From: Acidobacteriota bacterium
GTDB taxonomy: Bacteria; Acidobacteriota; UBA6911; JACQSX01
Assembly: GCA_036507075.1 (NCBI GenBank)
Contig: DASXQR010000144.1
Coordinates: 1-12,337, forward strand
Direction: 5' to 3'
Length of the DNA stretch: 12,337 nucleotides
Under the pieces are notes generated by a model. That model had not been told where the DNA came from, did not search any database, and worked only from the letters and a program-made list of their open reading frames with translations. Of this stretch, positions 1-7,511 are shown piece by piece. The position numbers and the translations under genes were made by a program. Position 1 is the stretch's first letter; every line of letters starts with the position of its first letter.

Positions 1-581
1 ACCCGGTTGACCACAAACGCCTTCTTGGCCGCGTCGCCGGCGCTCTTGCGCTCAAAGTAATACCCGATGAGCAGGTAACTGCATAAGCCCACCCCTTCCC
101 ACCCCACAAACATCAGCAGGTAGTTGTCGGCCAGCACCAGCGTGAGCATCGCGAACATGAAAAGATTCAGGTAGGCGAAGAACCGATAGAAACCGTCGTC
201 ATCCCACATGTAACCGATCGCGTAGATGTGAATGAGCGATCCCACGCCCGTTACCACCAGAATCATTACCGCGGAAAGCGGATCGAGCTGAAAACCCCAG
301 AGTATCTGGAAATTAGCCAGGGCGCCGCCGGTTGTCCTCACCGCCAGGCCGGGGATCCAGGTGAACAGATCTTTCTTGAAAACATGCTCTGGGACACCGG
401 CCAACTGAATCACGGAGACCAGCGACAGCAGAAAGGCGGCCAACACTGCCGAAATGGAGACAAGCGACACGAATCGTCTGTCCAGCCTGGCTCCTTTGCT
501 TCTCACGACCAGACCCGCCAGCCCGTTGATTGCCGTCCCCAGGGCCGGAAGCAGCGGGATAATCCAGATTAGATTCAGCAT
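1..581 (-). CDS. nuoL: NADH-quinone oxidoreductase subunit L (5' part; runs off the window)
   Basis: Not in the ORF track because there is no stop in the window. Manual translation from ATG at 581 gives MLNLIWIIPLLPALGTAINGL...QLDPLSAVMILVVTGVGSLIHIYAIGYM...FFAYLNLFMFAMLTLVLADNYLLMFVGWEGVGLCSYLLIGYYF...AAKKAFVVNR, classic NuoL/ND5 motifs. Starts 7 nt after the nuoK stop. Confidence 0.96.
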   Translation of the reverse strand, partial: MLNLIWIIPLLPALGTAINGLAGLVVRSKGARLDRRFVSLVSISAVLAAFLLSLVSVIQLAGVPEHVFKKDLFTWIPGLAVRTTGGALANFQILWGFQLDPLSAVMILVVTGVGSLIHIYAIGYMWDDDGFYRFFAYLNLFMFAMLTLVLADNYLLMFVGWEGVGLCSYLLIGYYFERKSAGDAAKKAFVVNR

Positions 582-588
582 CCGGCAA

Positions 589-891
589 TCACCATTTCAA
601 CAGGTCAATTTCATCCACCTGCACGGTTTCCTTATTTCGAAAAAGCGCAATGATAATGCCCAGCCCGACGGCCGCTTCGGCGGCCGCAACGGTTATCACG
701 AATATGGCGAAGACCTGGCCCACCTCGTTTTTCAGCACGTCGGAAAATGCGACCAGGTTGATGTTGACCGAATTGAGTATCAACTCGATGGACATGAAGA
801 TGATCAGCACATTCCGGCGCGTCAAAACCCCCACTACGCCGATGGTAAAAACGATTGCTGCCAGTACTAAGTAATGGTTGGTGGTAATCAT
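589..891 (-). CDS. nuoK: NADH-quinone oxidoreductase subunit K (100 aa)
   Basis: [50 protein letters not shown]...[23 protein letters not shown], with both conserved Glu. Start moved from 978 to ATG 891 because the extra 29 codons are translated heptamer repeat. Confidence 0.96.
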   Translation of the reverse strand: MITTNHYLVLAAIVFTIGVVGVLTRRNVLIIFMSIELILNSVNINLVAFSDVLKNEVGQVFAIFVITVAAAEAAVGLGIIIALFRNKETVQVDEIDLLKW

Positions 892-1084
892 TGAGTGTCG
901 AGTGTCGAATGACGAGTGTCGAATGACAAGTGGCGAGTGTGGAGTTCTGAATGATACATGGAGAGGTTCGAATGACAAATGACGGTTTTGTTACAATCTT
1001 GAAGTCCAGCTCCGTCACCCGAGACTCGCCATCCATCTCTCCTGATTCGAAACTCGACACTCGTCACCCGACACTCGACATTCA
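892..1084. repeat. Fold-back element of inverted heptamer arrays (GAGTGTC/GAATGAC ... GACACTC/GTCACCC) between nuoJ and nuoK
   Basis: Nine in-phase 7-mers at 893-955 and two more at 970-983. Ten in-phase reverse-oriented, partly degenerate 7-mers at 1014-1083. 892-922 pairs with 1054-1084 over 31 nt. Confidence 0.9.
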
Positions 1085-1606
1085 TCAGATTCTCTTCTTC
1101 GCCAACACGACCGCCCCAATAATCGCCACCAGTAGCAGTACGGAAGCGATTTCAAAGGGAAGCAGGTAGGTTGAATACAGCAACTCGCCCACCGCCTGGG
1201 TGTTCTGGGTTTTGTTCACCAGCACCGCCGGTGCTTGTCTGACGGGAAAGATCTCACCGCCCCGGCTAATGAACATACTCACTTCCAACGCCATCACGAT
1301 CGCCAGTATCAGGGCCACCTTCCACTGCCGAGTGCGGGCCGGAGCGTGCTCCATGCTGCGTACGCTGACCAGCATGATGACAAAGAGAAACAGCACCATG
1401 ATTCCGCCGACATAGAGCAGGATCTGAACGCCGGCCAGGAATTCCGCCTTAAGGCGAATGTAAAGACCTGCAAAACCGATTAAAGCTGAAATCAGATAGA
1501 GCGCGCTGCGGACAGCGTTTCGCGCCAGAATAACCATCAGTGACAGGCCGACAATGGTCGACGCCAGCAGATAAAAAACAATTTGGTCAAGTAAGGCTGG
1601 GCTCAT
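1085..1606 (-). CDS. nuoJ: NADH-quinone oxidoreductase subunit J
   Basis: 173 aa hydrophobic protein with RNAVRSALYL, AEFLAGVQILLYVGGIMVLFLFVIML and YLLPFEIASVLLLVAIIGAVVLA motifs; lies upstream of nuoK. Confidence 0.96.
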   Translation of the reverse strand: MSPALLDQIVFYLLASTIVGLSLMVILARNAVRSALYLISALIGFAGLYIRLKAEFLAGVQILLYVGGIMVLFLFVIMLVSVRSMEHAPARTRQWKVALILAIVMALEVSMFISRGGEIFPVRQAPAVLVNKTQNTQAVGELLYSTYLLPFEIASVLLLVAIIGAVVLAKKRI

Positions 1607-1611
1607 TTTTT

Positions 1612-1860
1612 CAATTGGTCAGTTGTCCGTTGTAGTCCGTTGTCCGTTGTCAGTGGTTACGGATTACGAGTTACGGATTACGAGTTACGGGTTACAACGG
1701 GTTACGGGTTGTCGGTTTCGGATCGCGAATTCCAAATTGAGGGTTTGGATAAACATTTTCAATTCTCAACCCTGAAAGTTCACAGTCCGCCAACCCGCAA
1801 CTTGTAACTCGGAAACCCGAAACCTTCAACGACGGACAACGGACCACTGACAACGGACTA
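1612..1860. repeat. Composite fold-back element with two nested heptamer families between nuoH and nuoJ
   Basis: Outer units CCGTTGT/CAGTTGT/CAGTGGT (about 1620-1657) are mirrored by AACGGAC/CACTGAC (about 1828-1858). There is a perfect 16-bp IR at 1642-1657/1843-1858. Inner units TTACGGA/TTACGAG/TTACGGG (1657-1708, degenerate in-phase to about 1750) are mirrored by AACCCGC/AACTTGT/AACTCGG/AACCCGA (about 1792-1827). Confidence 0.9.
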
Positions 1861-2883
1861 GATAAATCTCAACAACACCGCCCCGGTGATCATCACGTTG
1901 GCCATCGCAACCGGCAACAGGACCTTCCAGCCAATATTCATCAACTGGTCAAATCGAAAACGGGGCAAAGTGCCTCTTATCCAAATAAAAATATAAAGAA
2001 AGATAAATACTTTGGTCACAAACCAGAGCGGGGCCGGAATCAAGTCCAGGAACGCAAGGCTGCTCACATTGGGAAATGGCCGCAGCCAGCCGCCAAAAAA
2101 CAGCGTCACGGCCAGCGATGAAACGGTGATCATATTGGCGTATTCAGCGATAAAGAACAGCGAAAAACGAAAGCCGCTGTACTCGGTGTGAAAGCCGCCC
2201 ACCAGTTCGCTCTCCGCTTCCGGTAAATCAAACGGCAGACGGTTTGTTTCCGCCATCCCGCAAATGTAGTAAATAAGGAAAGAGATCGGCTGGACAAAGA
2301 AGAACCACACCCCCATCTGCTTCTGCTTTTCCACCACTTCGACCAGGGATAAGGTGTTGGCCAGCAGCAGCACTCCGATGATCCCAAAGCCCATTGCCAC
2401 TTCGTAGCTGACCATCTGCGCGGAAGATCGCAGGGCGCCCAGCAGCGGATACTTACTGTTTGATGCCCACCCTCCCAAGATGATTCCGAGCACTCCCACC
2501 GAGGAAACCGCCAGCACGAACAGCAATGCGATGTTCACGTCGGTGACATAACCGCCGGTGCCCCACATCGAATCGGGGGGACCGAAGGGGATAACGGCAA
2601 AGACAACGAAGGCGGGAATCAGTGAAATCGCCGGAGCGATGCTAAACAGAACCTTGTCCGCCTTCAGCGGGATCACGTCTTCCTTGATGATGAATTTCAA
2701 TCCGTCGGCGATCGGCTGCAGCAAGCCGTGCCAGCCTACCCGCATCGGCCCCAGTCGATGCTGCATGCGGGCGATCAATTTCCTTTCCAGCAAAGTCAGA
2801 TACGCGATCCCTCCGGACAGAATCCCCACGATAACCGCGATCTTGACAAGCGGGACGACGACGAACTTGATCAGGATTTCCAT
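1858..2883 (-). CDS. nuoH: NADH-quinone oxidoreductase subunit H
   Basis: 341 aa with LLERKLIARMQHRLGPMRVG, GLLQPIADGLK, GGWASNSKYPLLGALRSSAQMVSYE, AETNRLPFDLPEAESELVGGFHTEYSG and RGTLPRFRFDQLM. Its ATG overlaps the nuoD stop (TAATG). Confidence 0.98.
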   Translation of the reverse strand: MEILIKFVVVPLVKIAVIVGILSGGIAYLTLLERKLIARMQHRLGPMRVGWHGLLQPIADGLKFIIKEDVIPLKADKVLFSIAPAISLIPAFVVFAVIPFGPPDSMWGTGGYVTDVNIALLFVLAVSSVGVLGIILGGWASNSKYPLLGALRSSAQMVSYEVAMGFGIIGVLLLANTLSLVEVVEKQKQMGVWFFFVQPISFLIYYICGMAETNRLPFDLPEAESELVGGFHTEYSGFRFSLFFIAEYANMITVSSLAVTLFFGGWLRPFPNVSSLAFLDLIPAPLWFVTKVFIFLYIFIWIRGTLPRFRFDQLMNIGWKVLLPVAMANVMITGAVLLRFI

Positions 2884-4031
2884 TATCGGTCGATTTCCCC
2901 CAGGACAATATCCAGGGTTCCAATCAGCGCGACCACATCTGCTACCAGGTGTCCTTTTACCAGCGTCCGCAGCGCCTGCAAATTAACAAAGGAGGGAGGC
3001 CGGATGCGGCAGCGGTACGGGCTGGTCTTTCCTTCGCTCACGATGTAATAACCCAGTTCACCCTTGGGAGCTTCCACGGAATGGTAATACTCGCCCACTG
3101 GAGGCTTGATCACCCGCGGTGATTTTCCCCGAATCGGGCCGGGAGGCATACGCGAAATGCACTGCTGGATAATGCGATTGCTCTGACGCATCTCCTCGAC
3201 GCGGACCAGATAACGGTCGTAGGTGTCACCCTTCTCGCCCAGCGGGATATCAAAGTCGAAATCCGCGTAAGCTGCATACGGGCGGGCCCTGCGAATGTCG
3301 TAGTTGACGCCCGAGCCTCGCAGAGCAGGCCCGGTCAATCCCAGGTTGATCGCGTCAGGTCCGGAAATAACACCGACGTTTTTCGTGCGCTCGAGCCAGA
3401 TGCGATTATTGGTCAGCAGACCCTCGTACTCGTCAACGTGCGCGTCAAAGCCGTCGGAGAATTTCCGGCACGCATCCAAAAACCCCAGCGGAAGGTCAAG
3501 CTGCAGTCCGCCGATCCGAAAGGCGTGAATGGTGAGACGCGCGCCGAAAAGCGCCTCCATCAATTTGAGAATCTCTTCCCGTTCGCGGAACGCATACAGG
3601 AAGACGGTCATGGCGCCGATGTCCAGAGCGTGCGTCGCCAGCCAGAGCAGATGACTTGCGATCCGCTGAAATTCGGTCATCATGGTCCGGATGTACTGCG
3701 CCCGCGGCGGCATTTCCACGCCGAGCATTTTCTCGACGCATTCCACATATCCCAGGTTATTGGAAACGGCGGCAATATAGTCGGTCCGGTCAAAGTAAGG
3801 CACGGCGCCCACGTAGGTGCGGTTTTCGACGATTTTCTCTGTGCCGCGGTGGAGATACCCGATTACACAATCGGCGTCGATCACGCGCTCGCCGTCGATC
3901 TTCAACACCACGCGCAACACCCCGTGCGTGGACGGATGCTGCGGCCCCATGTTGATGGTGATCTGGTTGGCATCGAGGATGGTCTCCCCCACGGGACCAA
4001 AGATGTCGTCTTCCATCGCGTTCTTATTCAT
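2883..4031 (-). CDS. nuoD: NADH-quinone oxidoreductase subunit D
   Basis: [36 protein letters not shown] and C-terminal [12 protein letters not shown]; no NiFe CxxC motifs. An alternative start at ATG 4016 is possible. Confidence 0.98.
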   Translation of the reverse strand: MNKNAMEDDIFGPVGETILDANQITINMGPQHPSTHGVLRVVLKIDGERVIDADCVIGYLHRGTEKIVENRTYVGAVPYFDRTDYIAAVSNNLGYVECVEKMLGVEMPPRAQYIRTMMTEFQRIASHLLWLATHALDIGAMTVFLYAFREREEILKLMEALFGARLTIHAFRIGGLQLDLPLGFLDACRKFSDGFDAHVDEYEGLLTNNRIWLERTKNVGVISGPDAINLGLTGPALRGSGVNYDIRRARPYAAYADFDFDIPLGEKGDTYDRYLVRVEEMRQSNRIIQQCISRMPPGPIRGKSPRVIKPPVGEYYHSVEAPKGELGYYIVSEGKTSPYRCRIRPPSFVNLQALRTLVKGHLVADVVALIGTLDIVLGEIDR

Positions 4032-4033
4032 TG

Positions 4034-4888
4034 CTATTTCCTGATCTGCAAATGACGCCGGATCCAGTCCTCATCCTGCTTGCGAAGGTCGTAATCCTTG
4101 CGAAGAGGAAATCCGATCCAGTCATAGGGCAGCAGGATCCTCCGTGGATCCGGGTGCCCCGAGAACACGATTCCGAACATGTCGTAAACCTCGCGCTCCA
4201 GCCAGTCGGCGGTCTTCCACACGGGAGTGACAGAGGCGATCTGCTCATTCACGCCCAGGTTGCATCGCAATCGCACCTGCTGGTTCAGCCTGATGGAACA
4301 AAGCTGGTAGATTACGACAAAACGTTTCTCTCTTTCCGGGTAGTCCAGCGCGGTAAGGTCTTCAAGCAGATCAAAGTCCGATTCCGGATCTTCCTTCAGA
4401 AACTCGCACACAGACAAAATCTGCCCGGCGTCGACTGTGAAGATCTTCTGATTGAGGTAAGACTGGGCGGACTGTACCGCATCCGGCACTGCCTTGCTCA
4501 GACGCAGCACAAGGGGGTCCTGCGAAATGTCCAGATAAGAGGGGGCCTCAGCTTTCTCCACATTCCTGGCAGGCACCGCTTCGGCTGCCTTGGCGGCGAC
4601 CCGCGCCGGCGCAGGCGGAGCAGCGGCAGGAGCGGAGGCGGATGCTTGAGGCGCCGCCGCGCCGGGCTTGACCCATACCTTCGGCTGCTTTTTCTGCTTT
4701 TCTCCCTCAACAGGGGCCGCAGGCGTCTCTGGCTCCTGCGTGGAAGCAGCCGGAGAAGCAGCCGGCGTCTCAGCCAGAGGCGGGGCGGCACTGGCGCCGG
4801 GCTTGACCCAGATCTTGGGTTGCTTCTTCGGCTTTTCTCCCGAAGAAGTGGGCTCTTGATCCTTTGATTTGTTTTTTTCGTCGCTCAT
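4034..4888 (-). CDS. nuoC: NADH-quinone oxidoreductase subunit C with a long low-complexity N-terminal extension
   Basis: C-terminal domain has [18 protein letters not shown] and [40 protein letters not shown]. The first ~115 aa are Ala/Pro/Lys/Glu-rich with a duplicated motif. Confidence 0.95.
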   Translation of the reverse strand: MSDEKNKSKDQEPTSSGEKPKKQPKIWVKPGASAAPPLAETPAASPAASTQEPETPAAPVEGEKQKKQPKVWVKPGAAAPQASASAPAAAPPAPARVAAKAAEAVPARNVEKAEAPSYLDISQDPLVLRLSKAVPDAVQSAQSYLNQKIFTVDAGQILSVCEFLKEDPESDFDLLEDLTALDYPEREKRFVVIYQLCSIRLNQQVRLRCNLGVNEQIASVTPVWKTADWLEREVYDMFGIVFSGHPDPRRILLPYDWIGFPLRKDYDLRKQDEDWIRRHLQIRK

Positions 4889-4896
4889 TTACCCAC

Positions 4897-5091
4897 GTAG
4901 AGACGCGACATGCCGCGTCTTGGCTGCAATGCAGCGCCGTCAAGATGGAGCCGTAGTGAAAAATCCCCGTTCCACCGGCACAGGGCCGGTGGGGACGCGA
5001 TCTGAAATGTCCAAACTCTAGAGCGCCGCTTTGTAGCGCTCCGGACGCGACATGTCGCGTCCAACTCAGACGCGGCATGCCGCGTCTCTAC
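4897..5091. mobile_element. REPIN-like element: inverted pair of GTAG-type REP palindromes with internal hairpins
   Basis: GTAG-AGACGCGACATGCCGCGTCT at 4897-4920 and the inverted copy AGACGCGGCATGCCGCGTCT-CTAC at 5068-5091 (23/24 identical). An internal perfect palindrome GGACGCGACATGTCGCGTCC lies at 5043-5062. Confidence 0.75.
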
Positions 5092-5137
5092 ATTAAGGCG
5101 GAAACGGTAAGACGGAAAAAGTTCTAAAACTCCCCGC

Positions 5138-5494
5138 TCACGCCCACTCCAGGGCACCCTTTTTCCAGACGTATATGTAGCCGATCACCAGGATCAATAT
5201 GAAGATCAGCATTTCGATAAAGCCAAACAATGCAAGTTTCCGGAACAGGACGGCCCACGGGAACAGGAAGATCGTCTCCACGTCAAAGACAACAAAAAGG
5301 ATCGCGATGATGTAATAGCGGATCGAATAACGTTCCCGAGCATCACCTTCGGGATCGACTCCGCATTCGTAAGGCATGAGCTTTTCCTTGAACGGATTGA
5401 AGGGACGCAGTAATCGCCCGACAGTGAGGCCTACTACCGGAAGCGTGATGGCGACCAGCACGAACAACAAAATCGGAAGGTAAGCGACCAGCAT
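5138..5494 (-). CDS. nuoA: NADH-quinone oxidoreductase subunit A
   Basis: 118 aa with KLMPYECGVDP, RYYIIAILFVVFDVETIFLFPWA and GYIYVWKKGALEW. Confidence 0.98.
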   Translation of the reverse strand: MLVAYLPILLFVLVAITLPVVGLTVGRLLRPFNPFKEKLMPYECGVDPEGDARERYSIRYYIIAILFVVFDVETIFLFPWAVLFRKLALFGFIEMLIFILILVIGYIYVWKKGALEWA

Positions 5495-5542
5495 AAGTCC
5501 GTCCAGAATCTCAAAAAAACGGAAATAATTCCAAAGCGCTAC

Positions 5543-5571
5543 ATGTTATGGAAAGTGCTTAACGATTGCAA
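5543..5571 (-). promoter_or_regulatory. Putative sigma70-type promoter for the nuo operon
   Basis: Minus strand reads TTGCAA (5571-5566), 17-nt spacer, TAACAT (5548-5543), about 50 nt upstream of the nuoA ATG. Confidence 0.5.
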
Positions 5572-5657
5572 GCCGACGCAACCGGCCGCGGATTACGCAG
5601 ACTAACACAGATAATATCGCGGACCGCGCAAGTAGAGGATGCTATGCTGAAAAGCGC

Positions 5658-7418
5658 ATGCCGGTGGCTGGCACACGCAACATGCACCATCCAATACGAG
5701 CCTTCATCTTTTTCCTTGCAGTGGCCGCAAGCATTGCAGGCACTCTCAGTTTCATCACCGGCACACCACGAGCGCGACTCAACGTGCAGCAAATTATCTG
5801 GCTGCTTTTCATTTTTGCCCTGGCTGCGCTTCTTGCCTCTCGCCGGCGCGAAGCCGTTGTCACTTCGGGTTCGAATCATCCCATCGGAACCGTCTTTCAA
5901 ACTGACGCCAACCTAAAGAAATGGATATGGATCGGTCTGGCACTGATATTGGGTTTTTCTGTGTACTGGTCCGCGCTGGATCTGGGTTTTCTGAGCGATG
6001 ACTTTGCTCACGTACGTTATGCGCGGGGGCCGGCATCCTCCAGGCTCTGGTCGGAACTGACGGAAGGCCAGGCTAAGACATTCTTCAGACCGCTCGGGTT
6101 TGCAACTTTGTTTCTAGATTACCGGCTGTGGAGCGAATGGCCGGAGGGATATCACCTGTCAAATCTGATGCTTCATCTGATTTCAGTGGCCGGTGTCTTC
6201 CTGCTCTGCGGTTGCCTGGGACTTTCGTGGCGCGAAGCCGGAATTGGCGCTTCGGTTTTTGCCGTCCTCCCTGTTCAAGTGGAAGCCGTCGGCTGGATCG
6301 CCGCCAGATTCGATTTGATGGCAACGGTGCTGATGGTTTGGGCGATGGTGCTTTATGCCTCCTTCCGGAGAAGGAGGAGGGCCGGGTTTTACTTCGGCTC
6401 CCTGCTTTGCTTCCTGGCCGCCCTGCTGTCAAAGGAGTGCGCGTTCATTTTTCCATTCGTTGTGGCGCTCTACGAATGGCTGGGATTTGGCAGTCATTCC
6501 ATTGAGGGAATTGCCGTGTTCGCCCGCCAGGACTCTGTGCAAACGAAAGAAAGCAATTTGAGAATTGCGCCGGAATATCGTCAAGGCAAACGCAGCTCTG
6601 CTAACCGGCAGAAAGGTACGGGCGTCATTCCGGTTGCCGGCTTCGCCGTTGTGGCACTGATTGTTTTCTTGTACCGGTGGAAGATCCTTGGCGGCATCGG
6701 AGGTTATCCGGCATCGACGGGAGGGCCGGCAACGCTCGATATCGGTTGGCGAACCGCCTTCGCTTTGCTTGTTCGGGCCCCGGCGCAAATGCTGTTTGCC
6801 TGCAACTGGCAACAGCCTGCCGGCATTGGAATCGTTCTTATAACATCGGTGACAGCCGGCATCCTTCTTCTCCTTCCATTGGTGACAGAACCGTCGGTAC
6901 TGCACAAGCGAGTGATGTTGCTGGGCATTGGATGGATCTTTTTGACTTTGCTGCCGGCTCACCCATTGCTGATGATCGGCTCGGGGCTGACTAATTCTCG
7001 CATCCTGTATCCTGGATCGATCGGGATGGCATTACTCCTGGCCGCGCTGGTGGGAGCACTCCCAAATGCGCGGCAACAAATCATCGTCACGCCGGCGCTT
7101 TTGTTCGCGCTCTGTTCGGGGACCTTTCACAACCTGCAAGCCTGGCAATGGACGAATGCAGCGTTGAACAATACGATTGCCAAACTACCGCAAATCTGTG
7201 GGGTAATTCCACGGAATGCGGAAATTCAAACCATCGGTTTTCCCGCGACGCTGCGTGGTATTCATTTTTTTGCGCCAGAGCTCCGGGGGGAGATCCTGAA
7301 ATTTGCTCTCCGGCGCGAGGATATCAAGGTGAAACAAGACGCCGTCGGCAATGCCGGCGTAGTGTTGAAGTGGGTTAATGCGGATCCGCCTCGCGTTGAG
7401 TGCGAGCCCCTTCGCTAG
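5658..7418 (+). CDS. Polytopic membrane protein, GT-C fold glycosyltransferase-like (PMT/ArnT/TMTC-type membrane domain)
   Basis: Many hydrophobic segments. An acidic pair follows a TM helix (LGFLSDDF), then FFRPLG, YHLSNLMLH, EAVGWIAARFDLM and ALLSKE, a motif series typical of GT-C/TMTC-like proteins. No TPRs seen. Exact start uncertain. Confidence 0.7.
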   Translation: MPVAGTRNMHHPIRAFIFFLAVAASIAGTLSFITGTPRARLNVQQIIWLLFIFALAALLASRRREAVVTSGSNHPIGTVFQTDANLKKWIWIGLALILGFSVYWSALDLGFLSDDFAHVRYARGPASSRLWSELTEGQAKTFFRPLGFATLFLDYRLWSEWPEGYHLSNLMLHLISVAGVFLLCGCLGLSWREAGIGASVFAVLPVQVEAVGWIAARFDLMATVLMVWAMVLYASFRRRRRAGFYFGSLLCFLAALLSKECAFIFPFVVALYEWLGFGSHSIEGIAVFARQDSVQTKESNLRIAPEYRQGKRSSANRQKGTGVIPVAGFAVVALIVFLYRWKILGGIGGYPASTGGPATLDIGWRTAFALLVRAPAQMLFACNWQQPAGIGIVLITSVTAGILLLLPLVTEPSVLHKRVMLLGIGWIFLTLLPAHPLLMIGSGLTNSRILYPGSIGMALLLAALVGALPNARQQIIVTPALLFALCSGTFHNLQAWQWTNAALNNTIAKLPQICGVIPRNAEIQTIGFPATLRGIHFFAPELRGEILKFALRREDIKVKQDAVGNAGVVLKWVNADPPRVECEPLR

Positions 7419-7430
7419 CACGGGATTATT

Positions 7431-7511
7431 CAAAAACATTAACCGCGAAGAACGCCAAGAGCGCCAAGCTGGTCTTAGCGTTCTTGGGGCTCTTTGCGGT
7501 TAATGTTTTTG
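7431..7511. repeat. 38-bp-stem hairpin with 9-mer units (CGCCAAGAR) between convergent genes; possible bidirectional terminator
   Basis: Arms are 7431-7468 and 7474-7511 with loop CTGGT. The outer 16 bp are perfect (CAAAAACATTAACCGC/GCGGTTAATGTTTTTG), and each strand ends in a T run. Confidence 0.85.

Noticed and set aside
892..978. 29-aa N-terminal extension of NuoK in the ORF track
   Set aside because: It is translated heptamer repeat ([11 protein letters not shown]). NuoK similarity and the typical 100-aa length begin at ATG 891.
892..1860. CRISPR array interpretation of the tandem repeats
   Set aside because: Units are 7 nt, adjacent, with no unique spacers, and are arranged as inverted arms. 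No cas genes are present.
2883..4031. Group 4 NiFe hydrogenase large subunit
   Set aside because: No N- or C-terminal CxxC Ni ligands. The quinone-site His/Tyr motifs and the GEIDR end match NuoD.
3438..4867. Long + strand ORFs 3438-4055 and 4031-4867
   Set aside because: Antisense shadows of nuoD and nuoC, expected in GC-rich coding DNA; no recognisable motifs.
4889..5137. nuoB pseudogene remnant, or real proteins from ORFs 4770-5078 and 4885-5157
   Set aside because: No NuoB motifs (such as the tandem CC) in the translations. The region is explained by palindromic repeats.
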